Origin: Burkholderiales bacterium | Lineage (GTDB): Bacteria; Pseudomonadota; Gammaproteobacteria; Burkholderiales; Burkholderiaceae_D | Direction: 5' to 3' | NCBI GenBank assembly: GCA_038240015.1 | Contig: JBBSEF010000010.1 | Location: 885 to 64,884, forward strand | DNA: 64,000 nt | Part shown: positions 60,556-64,000 of the stretch, in pieces | How positions within the stretch are numbered: position 1 is the stretch's first letter | Layout: the number at the start of each line of letters is the position of its first letter | Translations under genes and position numbers: made by a program | Notes under the pieces: generated by a model | Told to the model about the DNA's origin: nothing | What the model saw: only the letters and a program-made list of their open reading frames with translations | Databases searched by the model: none

Positions 60556-63006
60556 ATGTCGGATCAGGCACGAGTCATCGATTTCACGCAATTGCGCGCC
60601 AGCGACGTCGATGCGGTCGGCGGAAAGAACTCGTCGCTCGGCGAGATGATCAGCCAATTGGCCGATGCGAGTGTGCGTGTTCCGGCGGGCTTTGCGACCA
60701 CGGCTTCGGCGTATCGTGAATTTCTCGCGGCAAGCGGACTGACCGACCGGATCGCAACGCGTCTCGCAACGCTGGACGCCGATGACGTGAAGCAACTCGC
60801 TTCCGCGGGCAAGGAGATTCGCGCCTGGATCGTCGATGCGCCATTGCCCGCTGCGTTCGAGAACGAAGTCCGCGTCGCCTTCGCGCGTCTGGAGAGCGGC
60901 GCTGCCGCCGAAGGCGCGGGCGAAGGTACGAGCCCGTCATCGTTCGCGGTCCGCTCGTCGGCGACCGCGGAAGATCTGCCCGACGCCTCGTTCGCTGGAC
61001 AACAGGAAACTTTTCTCAATGTGGTCGGCATAGCCGACGTGCTGGTCACCATCAAGGAAGTGTTCGCATCACTCTACAACGACCGCGCGATTTCGTATCG
61101 CGTGCACAAAGGGTATGCAGAGACCGAGATCGCGTTGTCGGCCGGTGTGCAACGCATGGTCCGAAGCGACCTTGGCGCCGCAGGCGTCATGTTCACGATC
61201 GATACCGAGTCCGGCTTCGAGGACGTGGTCTTCATCACGTCGAGTTACGGATTGGGCGAGACGGTGGTGCAGGGTGCGGTCAATCCCGACGAGTTCTACG
61301 TGCACAAGCCGATGCTCGCAGCCGGCAAGCGCGCGATTATTCGACGTCAGATCGGCTCGAAGCTGATGCGCATGGAGTTCGCGGCCGCGGGGTCGAAGGA
61401 TCGCGTGCGCACGGTCGATGTGCCGGTCGCAGAGCGCAATCGCTATTCGCTTTCGGACAACGAAGTGATTGAGCTCGCGCAATACGCGGTCGCGATCGAG
61501 AAGCACTACGGCCGGGCGATGGACATCGAGTGGGGCAAGGACGGCAGCGATGGCAAGCTCTACATTCTTCAGGCGCGGCCCGAGACGGTTCGCTCCCAGA
61601 TCAAGCCGGGCACGTCGGAACAGAAGTTTCGTCTCAAGGGGGCAGCGGCCGATCGTGCCGCGGTGCTCGCCAGCGGGCGCGCGATCGGCCAGAAGATCGG
61701 AACCGGTCCGGTGCGCATCGTCGAAGACCCGAGTCAGATGGACCAGGTCAAGCCCGGCGATGTGTTGGTGGCCGACATGACCGACCCCAACTGGGAGCCG
61801 GTCATGAAGCGCGCATCGGCGATCGTCACCAATCGCGGTGGCCGCACCTGTCATGCGGCGATCATCGCGCGCGAACTCGGCGTGCCGGCCGTGGTGGGCT
61901 GCGGCGACGCGACCGACCGCCTGACCGAAGGCGCGCTCGTCACGGTCTCGTGCGCCGAGGGCGACGAAGGCCACGTCTACGACGGCGTCCTCGAAATGGA
62001 AGTGACCGAAGTCGTGCGCGGAGAACTGCCGCCGATACCGGTGAAGATCATGATGAACGTCGGCAACCCGCAACTGGCCTTCGATTTTCGTGCGATCCCC
62101 AACGACGGAGTCGGCCTCGCGCGTCTCGAGTTCATCATCAACAACAACATCGGCATCCACCCGAAAGCGATTCTCGACTACCCGGATATCGATGATGACT
62201 TGAAGAAGGCGGTCGAGAGCGTCGCGCGCGGACATGCGTCTCCGCGCGCGTTCTATGTCGACAAGCTGGCCGAAGGCGTCGCCACCATCGCGGCCGCGTT
62301 CTGGCCGAAGAAGGTGATCGTGCGCCTGTCGGACTTCAAGTCCAACGAATACAAGAAGCTGATCGGCGGGTCGCGCTACGAGCCCGACGAAGAGAACCCG
62401 ATGCTCGGCCTGCGCGGCGCCGCACGCTATCTCTCGCCCGACTTCGCCGAGTGTTTCGAGATGGAATGTCTGGCGATGAAGCGGGTGCGCGACGAGATGG
62501 GACTGGTCAACGTCGAGTTGATGGTGCCTTTCGTTCGCACGCTCACCGAGGCCGAGCGCGTCATCGATCTCTTGGCGAAGAACGGACTCGAGCGCGGCAA
62601 GACCAATGGCGCAGCGCCGGGCGCCGGAGTCAACGCAGAACTGCGCGTCGTGATGATGTGCGAGCTGCCATCCAACGCGATCCTCGCCGAAAGCTTTCTC
62701 GAATATTTCGACGGCTTCTCGATCGGCTCGAACGACCTCACGCAATTGACGCTCGGTCTCGACCGTGATTCCGCCCTCGTTGCCGAAGGCTTCGATGAAC
62801 GCGATCCCGCGGTGATGGCGCTGCTCAAGCAGGCGATCGCGACCTGTCTCGCCAAAGGAAAGTATGTCGGCATCTGCGGGCAGGGGCCGTCCGATCATCC
62901 CGACTTCGCCGAGTGGCTGATGAAAGAAGGTATCGACTCGATCTCGCTGAATCCCGACACCGTGGTCGATACCTGGAATCTACTGTCGAAGGTTCAACAG
63001 CGATAG
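60556..63006 (+). CDS. ppsA: Phosphoenolpyruvate synthase
   Basis: Contains [11 protein letters not shown] and the phospho-His segment [15 protein letters not shown], plus a C-terminal PEP-utilizing TIM barrel with GSNDLTQ. Start at the ATG at 60556. Confidence 0.93.
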   Translation: MSDQARVIDFTQLRASDVDAVGGKNSSLGEMISQLADASVRVPAGFATTASAYREFLAASGLTDRIATRLATLDADDVKQLASAGKEIRAWIVDAPLPAAFENEVRVAFARLESGAAAEGAGEGTSPSSFAVRSSATAEDLPDASFAGQQETFLNVVGIADVLVTIKEVFASLYNDRAISYRVHKGYAETEIALSAGVQRMVRSDLGAAGVMFTIDTESGFEDVVFITSSYGLGETVVQGAVNPDEFYVHKPMLAAGKRAIIRRQIGSKLMRMEFAAAGSKDRVRTVDVPVAERNRYSLSDNEVIELAQYAVAIEKHYGRAMDIEWGKDGSDGKLYILQARPETVRSQIKPGTSEQKFRLKGAAADRAAVLASGRAIGQKIGTGPVRIVEDPSQMDQVKPGDVLVADMTDPNWEPVMKRASAIVTNRGGRTCHAAIIARELGVPAVVGCGDATDRLTEGALVTVSCAEGDEGHVYDGVLEMEVTEVVRGELPPIPVKIMMNVGNPQLAFDFRAIPNDGVGLARLEFIINNNIGIHPKAILDYPDIDDDLKKAVESVARGHASPRAFYVDKLAEGVATIAAAFWPKKVIVRLSDFKSNEYKKLIGGSRYEPDEENPMLGLRGAARYLSPDFAECFEMECLAMKRVRDEMGLVNVELMVPFVRTLTEAERVIDLLAKNGLERGKTNGAAPGAGVNAELRVVMMCELPSNAILAESFLEYFDGFSIGSNDLTQLTLGLDRDSALVAEGFDERDPAVMALLKQAIATCLAKGKYVGICGQGPSDHPDFAEWLMKEGIDSISLNPDTVVDTWNLLSKVQQR

Positions 63007-63049
63007 GCGTGCGCAGTCGCGCGCTGCTATCGATAGCGGGGAGTTCGCA

Positions 63050-63478
63050 ATGAACGATGTCGTATGGTGGTTCGTGCTGGCCTTCGGTCTCCTGATCGCC
63101 GAGTTGATGACCGGGACCTTCTATCTCTTGATGGTCGCGATCGGTTGCGCGGTCGGCGGGCTGGTTGCGCTCGCGGGAGGCGGCGTGCCCGCGCAACTCG
63201 TCGTAGGCGCGGCGGTCGGCATCGCGGCGACCCTGATCCTGCGTCGCACGCGCTGGGGCATGCGCAGGCTCAACGGCGATGCGGCCGAAAATCGCGACGT
63301 GATCCTCGACATCGGCGAGGTCGTGCAGGTCGAGACCTGGCACGACCGGACCGCGCACGTGCGCTATCGTGGCTGCCAGTGGGACGTCGCGCTCGAAGCC
63401 GGTGCGGCGGCGCGCGCAGGCGCGCAAGTGATCAAGGCCATACGCGGCAGCACGCTGATTGTGGCGCCGGTTTCGTGA
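63050..63478 (+). CDS. NfeD-family membrane protein
   Basis: Three N-terminal hydrophobic helices and a C-terminal OB-like soluble domain (GEVVQVETW..VRYRGCQWDV). Immediately upstream of an SPFH gene. Confidence 0.8.
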   Translation: MNDVVWWFVLAFGLLIAELMTGTFYLLMVAIGCAVGGLVALAGGGVPAQLVVGAAVGIAATLILRRTRWGMRRLNGDAAENRDVILDIGEVVQVETWHDRTAHVRYRGCQWDVALEAGAAARAGAQVIKAIRGSTLIVAPVS

Positions 63479-63519
63479 CGGCTAGTGTCATTGGTTTTCT
63501 CTGACTCGAAGGAACATCC

Positions 63520-64000
63520 ATGCAAGGCGTCGGCATCATTGCACTGGTTCTATTCATCATCTTCATCGTGTTCGCGGTGCAGACTATCAAGGTCGTTCCG
63601 CAGCAGCATGCGTGGATCGTCGAGCGCCTGGGCAAATATCACGCGACGCTCGCGCCGGGTCTCAACATCGTCATCCCCTTCATCGACCGCATCGCCTACA
63701 AGCACGTGTTGAAGGAGATTCCGCTCGACGTACCCAGCCAGGTCTGCATCACGCGCGACAACACCCAGTTGCAAGTCGACGGCATCCTGTTCTTTCAGGT
63801 CACCGATCCGATGCGGGCCTCGTACGGTACGTCCAACTTCATCGTCGCGATCACGCAACTTGCGCAGACCACGCTACGCAGCATCATCGGCAAGATGGAA
63901 CTCGACAAGACCTTCGAAGAGCGCGATCACATCAACGCGAGCATCGTGGCGGCGATCGACGAGTCGGCCGCGAACTGGGGCGTGAAAGTGTTGCGCTACG
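63520..64000 (+). CDS. SPFH/band-7 (stomatin/QmcA-like) protein, N-terminal part; gene runs off the right edge
   Basis: Not in the ORF track because there is no stop in the window. Manual translation from the ATG at 63520 (SD aaggaa) gives MQGVGIIALVLFIIFIVFAVQTIKVVPQQHAWIVERLGKYHATLAPGLNIVIPFIDRIAYKHVLKEIPLDVPSQVCITRDNTQLQVDGILFFQV... Confidence 0.8.
   Translation, partial: MQGVGIIALVLFIIFIVFAVQTIKVVPQQHAWIVERLGKYHATLAPGLNIVIPFIDRIAYKHVLKEIPLDVPSQVCITRDNTQLQVDGILFFQVTDPMRASYGTSNFIVAITQLAQTTLRSIIGKMELDKTFEERDHINASIVAAIDESAANWGVKVLRY

Noticed and set aside
63021-63040. Palindrome cgctatcgatagcg downstream of ppsA as a terminator
   Set aside because: It has no loop and no T-run. It may be a chance ClaI-type palindrome, and support is insufficient.

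Overview
GC-rich, densely packed chromosomal core region whose gene order matches Burkholderiaceae-type Betaproteobacteria; the taxon call rests on synteny only, with no search run. Left to right: lplT(partial)/alr-radA; an hpnC-hpnD-hpnE squalene (hopanoid precursor) locus interrupted by a cobalt-type nitrile hydratase cassette; tRNA-Leu; tig-clpP-clpX-lon-hupB-tRNA-Val-tRNA-Asp-ppiD; a universal stress protein. A minus-strand block follows: queF-dapD-(PilT/PilU-family ATPase)-dapE-prmB-ABC-F. Then smc-zipA-ligA-galU, MTAP-like-def, pseudouridine synthase/glnD/map, and the long rpsB-tsf-pyrH-frr-uppS-cdsA-dxr-rseP-bamA-skp-lpxD-fabZ-lpxA-lpxB-rnhB envelope and translation cluster. The right end holds a SpoU/TrmH methyltransferase, a 1386-aa multi-PAS GGDEF-EAL protein, ppsR/ppsA, and an NfeD plus SPFH pair cut by the window edge. 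I found no transposase, integrase, phage gene, CRISPR array, toxin-antitoxin pair or recognisable defence system, so I cannot support a claim of a new multi-gene system here. The observations most worth a second look are: (1) the nthA-nthB-accessory cassette sitting on the opposite strand inside hpnCDE; (2) the NHase alpha subunit with 16 His in its first 31 residues, partly encoded by a perfect 9-nt tandem repeat; (3) recurrent 12-nt-period tandem duplications in promoters and coding regions; (4) an unexplained hairpin plus intrinsic-terminator structure in the smc leader; (5) translational coupling of dapE-prmB-ABC-F. The ORF track translates GTG/TTG starts as M and extends to the farthest upstream start. 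Many starts were therefore re-picked by N-terminal family conservation, SD sequences and stop/start overlaps, and they carry an uncertainty of a few codons.
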